Shown in pieces: positions 10,335-19,492 of a stretch of 64,000 nucleotides of DNA (position 1 is the stretch's first letter; each line of letters starts with the position of its first letter). The notes beneath the pieces are model-generated. The model searched no databases. It was not told where the DNA came from and saw only the letters and a program-made list of their open reading frames with translations. Origin of the DNA: Pseudomonadota bacterium. GTDB taxonomy: Bacteria > Pseudomonadota > Alphaproteobacteria > Acetobacterales > Acetobacteraceae. The position numbers and the translations under genes are program-made. The DNA lies in contig JAJZFA010000059.1 in NCBI GenBank assembly GCA_021805565.1, positions 1,125 through 65,124 of the forward strand. Reading direction: 5' to 3'.

Positions 10335-11671
10335 CGGCCGGCTCCCGCCGATGCGGACGACGCCGGCGCGACCGGCGCCACCAGCTTCGGCGGCGGCACA
10401 TTCAATGGCAGGAACGGCACCAGGCCCTTGAGCTTGTCGTCAACGATCAGCGGCTGCGAATGGGCCAGCACATCCTCCATCGTGTCGAGATACATCCGTC
10501 GTAAGGTGATGTCCTTCGCCGCTTGATAGGCTTTGAAAACACTTTCGAACTGCTGGGCCTGACCGGTCGCCTGGGCAACCGAGGCAGCCTTCGCGCCCTG
10601 GCCCTCGGCGACGATACGCGCCGCGTCGCCGCGCGCACGGGGAACGATATCGTTGCGGTAAGACTCGGCCTCGTTGCGCATGCGTTCGGCATCGGTGTTC
10701 GCCCGCTGCACGTCGCGGAAACTTTCGATCACCGCCGCGGGGGGATCGACCTTTTGAAGCTGGACCTGGGTAATTTCAACGCCCGCTTTATAGCGGTCCA
10801 GGATTTCCTGGGTTTGTTTGAACACATCGGCCTCGATCTGGGCGCGTAACTGGGTCAGCGCCGGCTGAATCGGTGTGCGGCCGATAACCTCGCGCATCGA
10901 ACTTTCGGCCACCGCTCGGACCAGGGTTTCCGGATTGGCCGTATTGAAAAGAAAAGCCGGGGCATCGTTGATGCGCCAGAACACCGCGACATCGATATCG
11001 ATGATATTTTCGTCGCCCGTCAACATCAGGCTCTCGGCTTGAACATCGATCCCGGCGGCATCGCGGCCTGCTTCCATGGTGCCGCTGTTGGCCGAACGAT
11101 AGCCGATTTCGGTGCGATTGATGCGTGTCACGGTCGGCAGTTCCACGGTTTCCATCGGCCATGGCAGATGCCAGTGCAGGCCGGGCGGGGTCCAGTACTC
11201 ATAAGCGCCGAAGCGCAGTACGACGCCCTGCTCGTCGGGTTGCACCCGATAAAAGCCGCTGCCGGTCCAGACCAGCACAACCAGCAAACACAGCAGCGTC
11301 AGGCCGCGGCCGTTGGCAAAGCCGCCGAAACCACCGGGCATGCCACCGCCGCGCCGGCCGCCCGACCCGCCGCCCATCAATCCCCGAATGTAGGCCTGAA
11401 CCCCAGCGATCAGCCGGTCCAGATCGGGCGCGCCGCCGCCGCCGAATGGGCCACCGCCACCGCCACCACCACCACCGCCACCGCCAAACGGGTTGCCGGG
11501 ACGTTTTCCGCCCGGATTTCCGCTGCCGCCAGGACGGTCCGCCTCAGGGCCGGGCCGGCCGGCGCCGGGATTCGCACCTTTGTTGCCCCAAGGGCCTTGC
11601 GCCGGCTTTTTGTCGTCGCCGCCGTCTGACGGGTCGCCCCAGGGGCCGGGACCGCCGTTATTCCAAGGCAT
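10331..11671 (-). CDS. hflK: Protease modulator HflK (SPFH/band-7) with Gly-rich N-terminal region
   Basis: SPFH domain plus TM helix. N-terminal low-complexity Gly/Pro region including an 11-Gly run. Start set at the ATG giving MPWNNGGPGPWG (the track ORF extends to 11770). Confidence 0.9.
   Translation of the reverse strand: MPWNNGGPGPWGDPSDGGDDKKPAQGPWGNKGANPGAGRPGPEADRPGGSGNPGGKRPGNPFGGGGGGGGGGGGPFGGGGAPDLDRLIAGVQAYIRGLMGGGSGGRRGGGMPGGFGGFANGRGLTLLCLLVVLVWTGSGFYRVQPDEQGVVLRFGAYEYWTPPGLHWHLPWPMETVELPTVTRINRTEIGYRSANSGTMEAGRDAAGIDVQAESLMLTGDENIIDIDVAVFWRINDAPAFLFNTANPETLVRAVAESSMREVIGRTPIQPALTQLRAQIEADVFKQTQEILDRYKAGVEITQVQLQKVDPPAAVIESFRDVQRANTDAERMRNEAESYRNDIVPRARGDAARIVAEGQGAKAASVAQATGQAQQFESVFKAYQAAKDITLRRMYLDTMEDVLAHSQPLIVDDKLKGLVPFLPLNVPPPKLVAPVAPASSASAGAGR
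11451..11485 (-). repeat. GGY-codon simple repeat encoding the poly-Gly tract in HflK
   Basis: The plus-strand ccaccgccaccgccaccaccaccaccgccaccgcc encodes GGGGGGGGGGG on the minus strand. Confidence 0.6.
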
Positions 11672-11828
11672 GAAGGGTGTGGCTCCTGTCGGACTGTGCG
11701 GTTGGCCGCCGCGTGCGCGAGCCGTTGGCGGAAACGGGATGAAGCGCCATATCGGGCTGGACAGGCGCATGCGGCGCGGTGCTTATCCGCCGGCCGTGTA
11801 AGCTTTGCAAGATAAGGGTTCAACAGCC

Positions 11829-12935
11829 ATGGTCGATGCTACCCCGGAGTCTCTGCGTGCCGCGTTGCGCGCCATCGTGGACCCGGCGTCCGGACGCGAT
11901 ATCGTCGCCGCCGGACTGGTCGAGGCGATCGAAGTCCGCGGTGGTCTGGTGCAGGCGGCATTGCTGACCGACCGGGCGCATGCGGCGGCGATGGAGCCGG
12001 TGCGTCGTGCAGCCGAAGCATTATTGATGCGCCAGCCCGGGGTCACCAACGCTACCGCGATTCTGACCGCGCACAAAGCGCCTGCCGCATCGAAGCCGGC
12101 CGCGGGCCATGTGCCTGGCGGTAAGGCCGCGCTGTTGCTGCCGGACGTGAAGGCCATTGTCGCCGTGGCGTCGGGCAAGGGTGGCGTCGGCAAGTCCACC
12201 GTCGCGGTTAATCTCGCGGTTTCGCTGGCGCGGCAAGGCCGTAAGGTTGGGCTTCTCGATGCCGATATTTATGGGCCGAGCCTGCCCCGGATGATCGGGT
12301 TGAACCGGAAGCCGGAGGTGAGGAACGATAAGATGATCCCGCTTCAGGCCTGGGGCCTGTCGTGCATGTCGATCGGCTTTCTGGTGGATGAGGAAACCCC
12401 GATGATCTGGCGGGGTCCTATGGTGATGGGCGCACTGGAACAGATGATGGGTCAGGTCGAATGGGGCGCCTTGGACATCCTGATAGTCGATATGCCGCCG
12501 GGCACCGGAGACGCGCAACTGACCATGGCGCAGCGGGTCGCGCTGACCGGGGCCGTTATCGTCTCCACGCCGCAGGACATCGCGCTGATCGACGCTCGCC
12601 GCGGCGTGCGGATGTTCGAGAAAACCAAGGTGCCGGTGCTGGGGCTGGTTGAGAACATGAGTTTTTATTGCTGTCCGAACTGCGGCCATCGCGCCGATAT
12701 CTTCGGCCATGGCGGCGCCCGGACCGAGGCGGCCCATCTGGGAGCGGAGTTTTTGGGCGAGATACCGTTGTTGCTGGATATTCGGGTGGCCGCCGACGTT
12801 GGCACCCCGATCGCCGCGTCGGCGCCGGACGGCGAGGCGGCCAAGGCCTACGCCGCGCTAGCCGTTCGGGTGTGGGATAAAGTGACCGGCGCGGTGGCGA
12901 CCGGAAGCGCCGGCCCTCGGATTGTTATCGGCTGA
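11829..12935 (+). CDS. apbC: Fe-S cluster carrier ATPase Mrp/ApbC/NBP35 family
   Basis: N-terminal DUF59-like domain, deviant Walker A ASGKGGVGKST and CPNCGH motif. Alternative start at 11805. Confidence 0.9.
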   Translation: MVDATPESLRAALRAIVDPASGRDIVAAGLVEAIEVRGGLVQAALLTDRAHAAAMEPVRRAAEALLMRQPGVTNATAILTAHKAPAASKPAAGHVPGGKAALLLPDVKAIVAVASGKGGVGKSTVAVNLAVSLARQGRKVGLLDADIYGPSLPRMIGLNRKPEVRNDKMIPLQAWGLSCMSIGFLVDEETPMIWRGPMVMGALEQMMGQVEWGALDILIVDMPPGTGDAQLTMAQRVALTGAVIVSTPQDIALIDARRGVRMFEKTKVPVLGLVENMSFYCCPNCGHRADIFGHGGARTEAAHLGAEFLGEIPLLLDIRVAADVGTPIAASAPDGEAAKAYAALAVRVWDKVTGAVATGSAGPRIVIG

Positions 12936-13101
12936 GGGCAGCATCGGCAATCGGTGCGACGTTCCACAACCTTGTGTCCCCCGATACAAAGCGTCGTCGG
13001 CCTGGCCTTCGCCGCCGCGACAGGACACCGGTCAATCAGTCCGGTGAAAGTCGGGCGGGGACGCACAATATCGACGGTCAGGACGCTAGAGGAGAGAGCG
13101 C

Positions 13102-13299
13102 GTGTTCCTGGTACGTTCGATAACGTTTTTGGCGGCGCTGGGTTTGGCTGCAATGCTGAGCGGATGCGTAGCCTATCCCGCCTATCCGGTTTATGGCGGC
13201 TATCCGGTGTATGGAGGGTATCCCGCTTACGGCTATAGCTACGCGCCGGTTTACCCTGGCGGTTACTATGGGGGCTGGGGCGGCTGGTGGCGCCGTTAA
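13102..13299 (+). CDS. Small lipoprotein with Tyr/Pro/Gly repeats and a GGWGGWWRR tail
   Basis: 65 aa. Lipobox LSGC after a hydrophobic signal (MFLVRSITFLAALGLAAMLSGC). The mature part is about 43 aa of YPxYG-type repeats. Coding status rests on the signal/lipobox and the in-frame repeat only. Confidence 0.55.
   Translation: MFLVRSITFLAALGLAAMLSGCVAYPAYPVYGGYPVYGGYPAYGYSYAPVYPGGYYGGWGGWWRR
13174..13236 (+). repeat. In-frame degenerate tandem repeat (YPAYPVYGGYPVYGGYPAYGY)
   Basis: Reiterated tatcc(n)g..tatgg(n)gg(n) units are visible in the DNA and translate to YPxYGG units. Confidence 0.5.
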
Positions 13300-13392
13300 T
13301 CGGCGAACCCCCGCAATGGATCGCCGATTTATAGGGCCAAAGAAATTAGGTCGTTATTTCAGACCATATCAACGTTACCGGCTGGCTCAGGC

Positions 13393-13845
13393 TCAGGATT
13401 TCTTCGATGATTTCTTTCCGCCACCCGAAGCTTCTGTCATTATTGCGCGAACATCGCGCAAAAAAGCGGCTCCTTTGGGTGTGCGCTGCACCAGTACGCT
13501 GCGGCGATCCAGCGGATCGACCTTGCGGCGCGCCAGATCCAGTTCGCCCAACCGGTCCAGGGCGCGTGTGATCGCTGGTTTCGATACGTTCAGATCGGCT
13601 GCGAGGCCGCGAACGGTGTGACCGCCCTCATTTAAATAGCAGGTCAGGAAAACCCCTAACTGGCGCGCCGAAAGGTCGGCGCCGTCGCGGCGAACCAACG
13701 AAACGATGGTATCGCGGAGGAGTCCGACCTGGGCATCCGAAACCGGATTTGGAGGAGCTGCCACTGGAATGTCCTTTCTTAACCGACCACACAAAGGGTG
13801 CGATCCGTTGTCATTACATATACACAAAAGACGAATCGAGGTCAA
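13393..13845 (-). CDS. MarR-family transcriptional regulator
   Basis: Winged-HTH segment HTVRGLAADLNVSKPAITRALDRLGELDLARRKVDPLDRRSVLV. The N-terminal about 30 aa of the track ORF are doubtful, so the true start may be internal. Confidence 0.8.
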   Translation of the reverse strand: MTSIRLLCICNDNGSHPLCGRLRKDIPVAAPPNPVSDAQVGLLRDTIVSLVRRDGADLSARQLGVFLTCYLNEGGHTVRGLAADLNVSKPAITRALDRLGELDLARRKVDPLDRRSVLVQRTPKGAAFLRDVRAIMTEASGGGKKSSKKS

Positions 13846-13875
13846 CCTTATTACATTTGGCGATTCTTCGTTCTG

Positions 13876-15297
13876 TCACGACTGCGTGACCGCGCTGCCG
13901 CGGCCGTTTTCTGCTCCCCGAAAGCCGTTCGTTGCCAGTGCGAAAAGCGCCCGCATGGCCATTGCCTCGCCGCCCTCTGGTCGCCCAGGCCGGTTTCGAT
14001 CGTTCCAGGCGTAGAGATCGATATGCATCCAGGGAACCCCCGGGGCGACAAACCGCTGCAGAAATAATCCCGCCACGATCGATCCAGCCAGCGGCTGCGA
14101 CGACACATTATTCATGTCCGCAACTGGGCTTTTTAGCCAGTCATCGTATCCGGACCATAACGGCAGCCGCCATAGCGGGTCGTTTACACGATCGCCAGAC
14201 CGCATAACGGCGTCCGCCATCGCGTCGTTGTTGCAAAACAGTGCCGGCAGATCGGGGCCAAGAGCCACGCGGGCTGCCCCTGTCAGTGTCGCGCAGTCGA
14301 TCAGCAGCGTCGGGTTTTCGGCCGATGCCTCATGCAGAAGATCGCACAACACCAGGCGGCCCTCGGCGTCGGTGTTGCCAACCTCGACCGTCAGACCGGA
14401 TCGCGTCCGGATTACGTCGGATGGGCGCATCGCCGTCCCCGATACGGAATTCTCGACAGCCCCGATCCGTACCGTCAGGCGTATCGGCAGATCGGCTTCC
14501 ATGATCAGGCGAGCCAATCCCAAAACGGTTGCCGCGCCGCCCATGTCCTTTTTCATTCGCAGCATGCCGGCCGATGGTTTCAGGTCGTAGCCGCCGGTAT
14601 CGAAACAGACGCCCTTTCCGCACAAGGACAGCAACGGCGAATCGTCCGTTGCCGATCCGCCGCGCCAACGAAAGACAACCACGCGCGGCGTCCGTGCCGA
14701 CCCGCGGCCGACCGCGGCAACCGCTGGATAGAGATCGTCCAGTTCCGCGCCGGCGAATGTTTCCGAAACCGCCCCGTAGCGATCAGACAGCGAGACAGCG
14801 AAGGCCGCCAGTTCGGCCGGCCCGAGTATATTGGCGGGCGTATTGATCAGATCGCGTACCATCCATGTCGCCGACGCCTGCGACAGACTTGTTGCATAAC
14901 CGGACGGCACATAAAGCAAAGCAGCTTTGCGCCCGCCTGGAATAAACCGGCGGTAGCGGTAGGCGCCCAGGCAATAACCCAGGATGGCCGCTGACTGATC
15001 GTAATGCCCCGGTTCCAGGCGCCAGGGCGAACTATCCGGCAATTGCGCCGAAAGATCGCCGAACGTGAACATCGTGGGTTCGGCACCCAGGCCCAGCACC
15101 GCACCGGCCAGACCGTCCGAGCCTTGCAGCAACCGCACCGCCCCGGCATCTGCCTCGAAACCGGAATCGCGCAGAAAGGCTGCCTGTGCCGCGGGTAACG
15201 TTTCCAGGAAGGCCGTCAGTGCGGACGGACGGATCGCGTGGACAGGGCGTGTCCCGCGATCCGAACCGGTAATGCAATCGATGATCTGGTCCAGCAC
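13876..15297 (-). CDS. Leucyl aminopeptidase family protein (peptidase M17)
   Basis: M17 signature NTDAEGRLVLCD, with metal/active-site context GKGVCFDTGGYDLKP and MKKDMGGAA. Confidence 0.88.
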   Translation of the reverse strand: MLDQIIDCITGSDRGTRPVHAIRPSALTAFLETLPAAQAAFLRDSGFEADAGAVRLLQGSDGLAGAVLGLGAEPTMFTFGDLSAQLPDSSPWRLEPGHYDQSAAILGYCLGAYRYRRFIPGGRKAALLYVPSGYATSLSQASATWMVRDLINTPANILGPAELAAFAVSLSDRYGAVSETFAGAELDDLYPAVAAVGRGSARTPRVVVFRWRGGSATDDSPLLSLCGKGVCFDTGGYDLKPSAGMLRMKKDMGGAATVLGLARLIMEADLPIRLTVRIGAVENSVSGTAMRPSDVIRTRSGLTVEVGNTDAEGRLVLCDLLHEASAENPTLLIDCATLTGAARVALGPDLPALFCNNDAMADAVMRSGDRVNDPLWRLPLWSGYDDWLKSPVADMNNVSSQPLAGSIVAGLFLQRFVAPGVPWMHIDLYAWNDRNRPGRPEGGEAMAMRALFALATNGFRGAENGRGSAVTQS

Positions 15298-15367
15298 CGG
15301 CGCGATCCCCGTTCGTAGATAAAATTGGATGACCGGCCGAACATTCCGTCCGGCCGGATCGCACGTC

Positions 15368-17188
15368 CTATCCCAGAGTGCCCGCGAGAAGGCTGGTTAC
15401 GCGCCGGGCGAAGGCCGATGCATCGGTGGGCAAATCGCCTTCCTGCACCCGCGCCAGGTCGAGCAGCGTCTCCGATGCGGCGGCAATCAGCGCCGTGTCT
15501 TCCAGTTTGGCGACCAGCGCCTCGATCAGTTTGTGCCGGGGATTGATCTCCAGCACTGGCTTCGTCGGCATCGTTGCCCGTCCGGCACGGCGCATCAGCC
15601 GCTGCATCGCCAGATCGGGCCCCTTGCCGTCGGATGCCAGCACGACCGCACTGTCGGTCAGCCTGGACGTGGCGCGCACGTCCGCTATCTGGTTGCCGAG
15701 CGCCGCTTTCATGGCCGCGAGCAGGGGCGAAATGTCTGGCAGATCGTCGTCCTTGCCCAGATCGTCCGCCGCCTGGGTCACGCTGCGCAGCTTTTTTTCC
15801 TCGAAGCGATCCAGCCGCTCTGGCCAGAACGCGTCGATCGAATCCGACATCAGCAGAACCTCGATTCCCTTTGCCCGGAACCCTTCCAACTGCGGCGAAG
15901 TCTTCAGCAGATCGGCATGATCGCCCGACAGGTAATAGATCGTGTCCTGACCGTCCTTCATACGGGACACATAATCGGGTAGAGACGTCCAGCCATCTTG
16001 CGTGGAGGAATGAAAGCGCAACAAAGGCGCGATCTCGGCGCGGTGGTCGTTATCCTCCCAGACGCCCTCCTTCAGGACAGGTCCGAAATTCTCGTAGAAT
16101 TTATCGTAATCCCCGGCATCCTTGGCGCGCGTCTTCAGTTCCGCCAGCACGCGGCCGATCAGCGCCTTGCGGATCCGCGCCAGCACCGGCGTCGTTTGCA
16201 ACATCTCGCGCGACACGTTCAGCGGCAGATCTTCGGTATCGACCACGCCGCTGACGAAGCGCAGCCAGTGCGGCAGAAGATCGGCCTTATCGGTGATGAA
16301 CATCCGCCGGACATGCAGGCGCACATGGGCGTCGCGGTCGTTTTCCACCGGATCGAACGGTTTCATGCCGGGAATGAACAACAGGCAGAAATATTCCAGC
16401 GTCCCTTCGGCGCGCCAGTGCAGGGTCGCCCAGGGATCGTCGAAATAATGCCCCAGGTGGCGATAGAATTCCTTATAGGATTGTTCGTCCGTTTCGGATT
16501 TGGACTTACGCCAAAGCGCCGTCCCCTCATTGGCGGGCAGATCCTTGCCGTCATGCGCGACGGTGATCGGCAGCGTGATGTGATCGGCCCATTTCCGAAT
16601 CACGGTCTCCAGCCGCATCGGTTCAAGATATTCCGATGCATCGGACTTCATGTGCAGCACGATATCGGTGCCGGGCTGTTCGCGCGCGGCTGGTGCCAGC
16701 GTGAACTGGCCGGCGCCTTCGGACGCCCAGGTGAACGCTTCCGCGGCACCCGCCTTCCGCGACGTGACCTCCACCCGATCCGCCACCATGAACGCGGAGT
16801 AAAATCCAACTCCGAACTGTCCGATCAGATTCGGACGATCTTCCGGTTTGGCACTGGCCAGGTTCTGCGCGAACGCTCGGGTGCCCGACCGGGCGATGGT
16901 GCCCAGATTGTCGATCATCTCCTGCCGGGTCATGCCAATGCCGTCGTCGGCGATCAGCAGAGTGCTGCCCGCCTTATCTGGCACGACCCGGATCTTCGCG
17001 TCGGGCGGGGGCGCCAGGCTTGAATCGGTCAATGCCTCGAAGCGCCGGCGGTCCACCGCATCGGCCGCATTCGCCACCAGTTCCCGTAAAAAAATTTCCC
17101 GCTCTGAATAGAGCGAATGTACCACCAGATCGAGCAACCGCCCAACCTCGGCGCCAAATGAATGTTGTTCCAAAACCGTGTCGTCCAT
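15368..17188 (-). CDS. htpG: Molecular chaperone HtpG (Hsp90)
   Basis: GHKL N-terminal motifs [12 protein letters not shown] and [13 protein letters not shown]. Full-length Hsp90 layout. The ATG at 17188 is preceded by SD AAGGAGG (17196-17202). Confidence 0.95.
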   Translation of the reverse strand: MDDTVLEQHSFGAEVGRLLDLVVHSLYSEREIFLRELVANAADAVDRRRFEALTDSSLAPPPDAKIRVVPDKAGSTLLIADDGIGMTRQEMIDNLGTIARSGTRAFAQNLASAKPEDRPNLIGQFGVGFYSAFMVADRVEVTSRKAGAAEAFTWASEGAGQFTLAPAAREQPGTDIVLHMKSDASEYLEPMRLETVIRKWADHITLPITVAHDGKDLPANEGTALWRKSKSETDEQSYKEFYRHLGHYFDDPWATLHWRAEGTLEYFCLLFIPGMKPFDPVENDRDAHVRLHVRRMFITDKADLLPHWLRFVSGVVDTEDLPLNVSREMLQTTPVLARIRKALIGRVLAELKTRAKDAGDYDKFYENFGPVLKEGVWEDNDHRAEIAPLLRFHSSTQDGWTSLPDYVSRMKDGQDTIYYLSGDHADLLKTSPQLEGFRAKGIEVLLMSDSIDAFWPERLDRFEEKKLRSVTQAADDLGKDDDLPDISPLLAAMKAALGNQIADVRATSRLTDSAVVLASDGKGPDLAMQRLMRRAGRATMPTKPVLEINPRHKLIEALVAKLEDTALIAAASETLLDLARVQEGDLPTDASAFARRVTSLLAGTLG

Positions 17189-17211
17189 TCGTGAACCTCC
17201 TTGCGCGGCGG

Positions 17212-17240
17212 ATATGCGGCCGCATGCACCGTATTTCAAT
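17212..17240 (-). promoter_or_regulatory. Sigma-32 (RpoH)-type heat-shock promoter upstream of htpG
   Basis: The minus strand reads aTTGAAA-N14-CCGCATAT, against the E. coli sigma-32 consensus CTTGAAA-N13/14-CCCCATnT. The -10 element ends 24 nt upstream of the htpG ATG. Confidence 0.55.
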
Positions 17241-17356
17241 ACGTGGCCGCATCTTCGGTGGGGTGCGGGGCCGGCAGTCGCCGCGATGCACCGCTTCCCT
17301 CCGGCTCGCTGGTTCGGCTACTGTGAATTGATTCGCCGTATAGGAGACACCGGCAG

Positions 17357-17971
17357 ATGGGTTGGCGCCCAATCGCGATTCTGTTGCTGCTTATAGCCAT
17401 TCAGGCCCGCGCCCAGCTCGTGGCCACGGCCGCGGACGTGCCTGTGCGCATCTTTGTGCCGCCGCCGGTGCAGTGGGATAATGCGATGCTGAGTTTTCGT
17501 CCGGCATTGCAACAGACGGCGACGGATTTCGCCAACCTGACAGGCGGCCTAGCCTTCGGTATGGCGCCGGCGCGGGCGAACGCCAGCCTGACCAATCCAT
17601 ATCCCGGGCTGTCCTGGGACGATCTTCCCCTGGCCAACGAATACCCTGGCGAGGTCCGCTATTTCGGCGTTCCCGTGGATCGCGCCGGATTATTGCGGAT
17701 GAACATGACCGCCTGCGCCGGCACCGGCAGCTATCTCGCGCTGCTGTTTAGCACAAAGGGCCTGTTCCGGCTGTCCTATCGCCTGATCGCCGACAAGGCG
17801 TGCCCGGATACCAATGAGGCGGCGAGAGAAATATTCTCCAGATACGTGCAAATCGGCCAGTCGGTGGCTGACAGCAATCGCTACGTGACCGGCAAAACGC
17901 AGGTCGTGGACGTCACCGATCCAACGGCCAGGATTCTGAGTCCGATCCGCTGGCATCAGGTGGGCAACTGA
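17357..17971 (+). CDS. Hypothetical secreted protein
   Basis: 204 aa. Signal peptide MGWRPIAILLLLIAIQARAQ. No recognisable domain. Its stop overlaps the start of the next ORF by 1 nt (TGATG). Confidence 0.55.
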   Translation: MGWRPIAILLLLIAIQARAQLVATAADVPVRIFVPPPVQWDNAMLSFRPALQQTATDFANLTGGLAFGMAPARANASLTNPYPGLSWDDLPLANEYPGEVRYFGVPVDRAGLLRMNMTACAGTGSYLALLFSTKGLFRLSYRLIADKACPDTNEAAREIFSRYVQIGQSVADSNRYVTGKTQVVDVTDPTARILSPIRWHQVGN

Positions 17972-18546
17972 TGCGCTGGGCCTGGCTGATTCCGGCTTTC
18001 GCGGCGCTGCTGTGCGGCGCTGCTGTGCACGCGGGACCGATAGAATTCGATCTGCATCTGAATGTGCCGCCCGTTGTGGCCGACAGTCAGGCGCCGGCCG
18101 GATGCACCGTGACGTATCTGGTCGCCGATACGGCCAACAACGACCTGTTCGCCGCCCGCATGCGGATCGCCTCCGCCGAAACGGATACGCCAACCGGCAA
18201 CCGGATGCCATGCCCGGCCAATGTTCCGGCACGGGTCGGCGTGCGGGCGCTGGATACGTGTCAGTCGCGGGAGGCCGATCCGAAATACTGTGTGTTCGCG
18301 GACATGAGCCGGGGGTTCGAGAGCGATACTGGAATTCATAATACGTCGGAAATTGCCTCTCGCTGCTCCTCCGATAAATTCTCCGACATCGGTGCGGCGT
18401 GCTGGATGGCCGGCACGAAGCAGGTTTGCGATGTCGCCTGCGGCGCATCGCCAGCGCAGGCCACCGCGCAGGCTCGTTTGCGCTGCGAGGGCAAACAGCA
18501 GCACAGTTGTCCGATTACGGCGACGGTGCCGGTAACGAGCCCATGA
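17971..18546 (+). CDS. Hypothetical secreted Cys-rich protein
   Basis: 191 aa. Signal peptide MRWAWLIPAFAALLCGAAVHAGP. Ten Cys in the mature part. Translationally coupled to the 17357 ORF. Its 3' end overlaps the convergent gene by 32 nt. Confidence 0.55.
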   Translation: MRWAWLIPAFAALLCGAAVHAGPIEFDLHLNVPPVVADSQAPAGCTVTYLVADTANNDLFAARMRIASAETDTPTGNRMPCPANVPARVGVRALDTCQSREADPKYCVFADMSRGFESDTGIHNTSEIASRCSSDKFSDIGAACWMAGTKQVCDVACGASPAQATAQARLRCEGKQQHSCPITATVPVTSP

Positions 18547-19492
18547 CGGTTTGGCCCGCGAGCCGGATCAGGGCGTTCGCGACCGCGGCCGAATGGGCAA
18601 TTTGTGTTGTCTCGTTCAGATGGTCCTGCGTGTCGAAGAACGCGGCGCGCGGATATCGGCTGCGGTTGGCCAGTTCCAGGAAACCCGCGCCGTTGGCGCG
18701 ATAGATCGCGGCGATCGCTGCCAGGCTGTCCGCGCCGATCGGCGAATCTGCAAAACCCGTGGGAATGCCGCCGACCGCGCGCACGTCATGCGAGTCCGCC
18801 CAGCGCAGAAAGCCGATGACCAGGGCAGTGCCATAACCGGTGTCAATCTGTCCGGCGGTCGGATGGAATGGAACGATCGTTGCCAGGTTGGGCTGGTTGG
18901 CGGCAGCCAGCCCGGCGGTATGGCCGATATGGTCGCCCCAAACATTATAGCCGCCCATGGCCGCCGAACGTGGATCGTGGAACCCATCATCGGTCAGTGC
19001 GGTTTCGATCAGGCTCATGATTGCGCCACGCAGGTTGGCGGCGAACAATGCGGCGACCTCGCGCTGCCAGGGCATTGCCCGCAACGTTGTCCGGTCGTGC
19101 CGCAGCATGATGCTTGCGTCCGGCCCGAGATAGGCGGTGGACCGTGGCCTTGAGTATTGCGCTTCCTCCAGCGGCAGATAGACGATGTCGCCCGGATGCA
19201 GCAGCGGTTTCCAGCGATCGAACAGATAATCCAGCCCGATTCCGACCGCCACCCCGGCATTCACGCACGCTCGGCCGATAATCGGTTCCATGGTCTCGCA
19301 GCGGTGCGAGTATGGGCCGTTCGATCCGGCCAGGATAACCAGTTTCGGCCCCTGAATAGCGGCGCCGCGTAATAGATTAGCATCGATCCGGGCACGCAGA
19401 GCCCCCAGCGTCAGCGGCCTGTCCAGCAGGCAGGCGAACCCCACGATATACAGCACCACGGAGACGATGCACGCGAGCGCGATGCGCCACAT
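18515..19492 (-). CDS. MBOAT-coupled membrane-anchored periplasmic protein of unknown family
   Basis: The ATG overlaps the MBOAT stop (TGATG at 19490-19494). It has an N-terminal TM helix MWRIALACIVSVVLYIVGFACLL followed by about 300 soluble aa. The rest of the 490-aa track ORF is read-through across the MBOAT gene in another frame. Confidence 0.6.
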   Translation of the reverse strand: MWRIALACIVSVVLYIVGFACLLDRPLTLGALRARIDANLLRGAAIQGPKLVILAGSNGPYSHRCETMEPIIGRACVNAGVAVGIGLDYLFDRWKPLLHPGDIVYLPLEEAQYSRPRSTAYLGPDASIMLRHDRTTLRAMPWQREVAALFAANLRGAIMSLIETALTDDGFHDPRSAAMGGYNVWGDHIGHTAGLAAANQPNLATIVPFHPTAGQIDTGYGTALVIGFLRWADSHDVRAVGGIPTGFADSPIGADSLAAIAAIYRANGAGFLELANRSRYPRAAFFDTQDHLNETTQIAHSAAVANALIRLAGQTVMGSLPAPSP

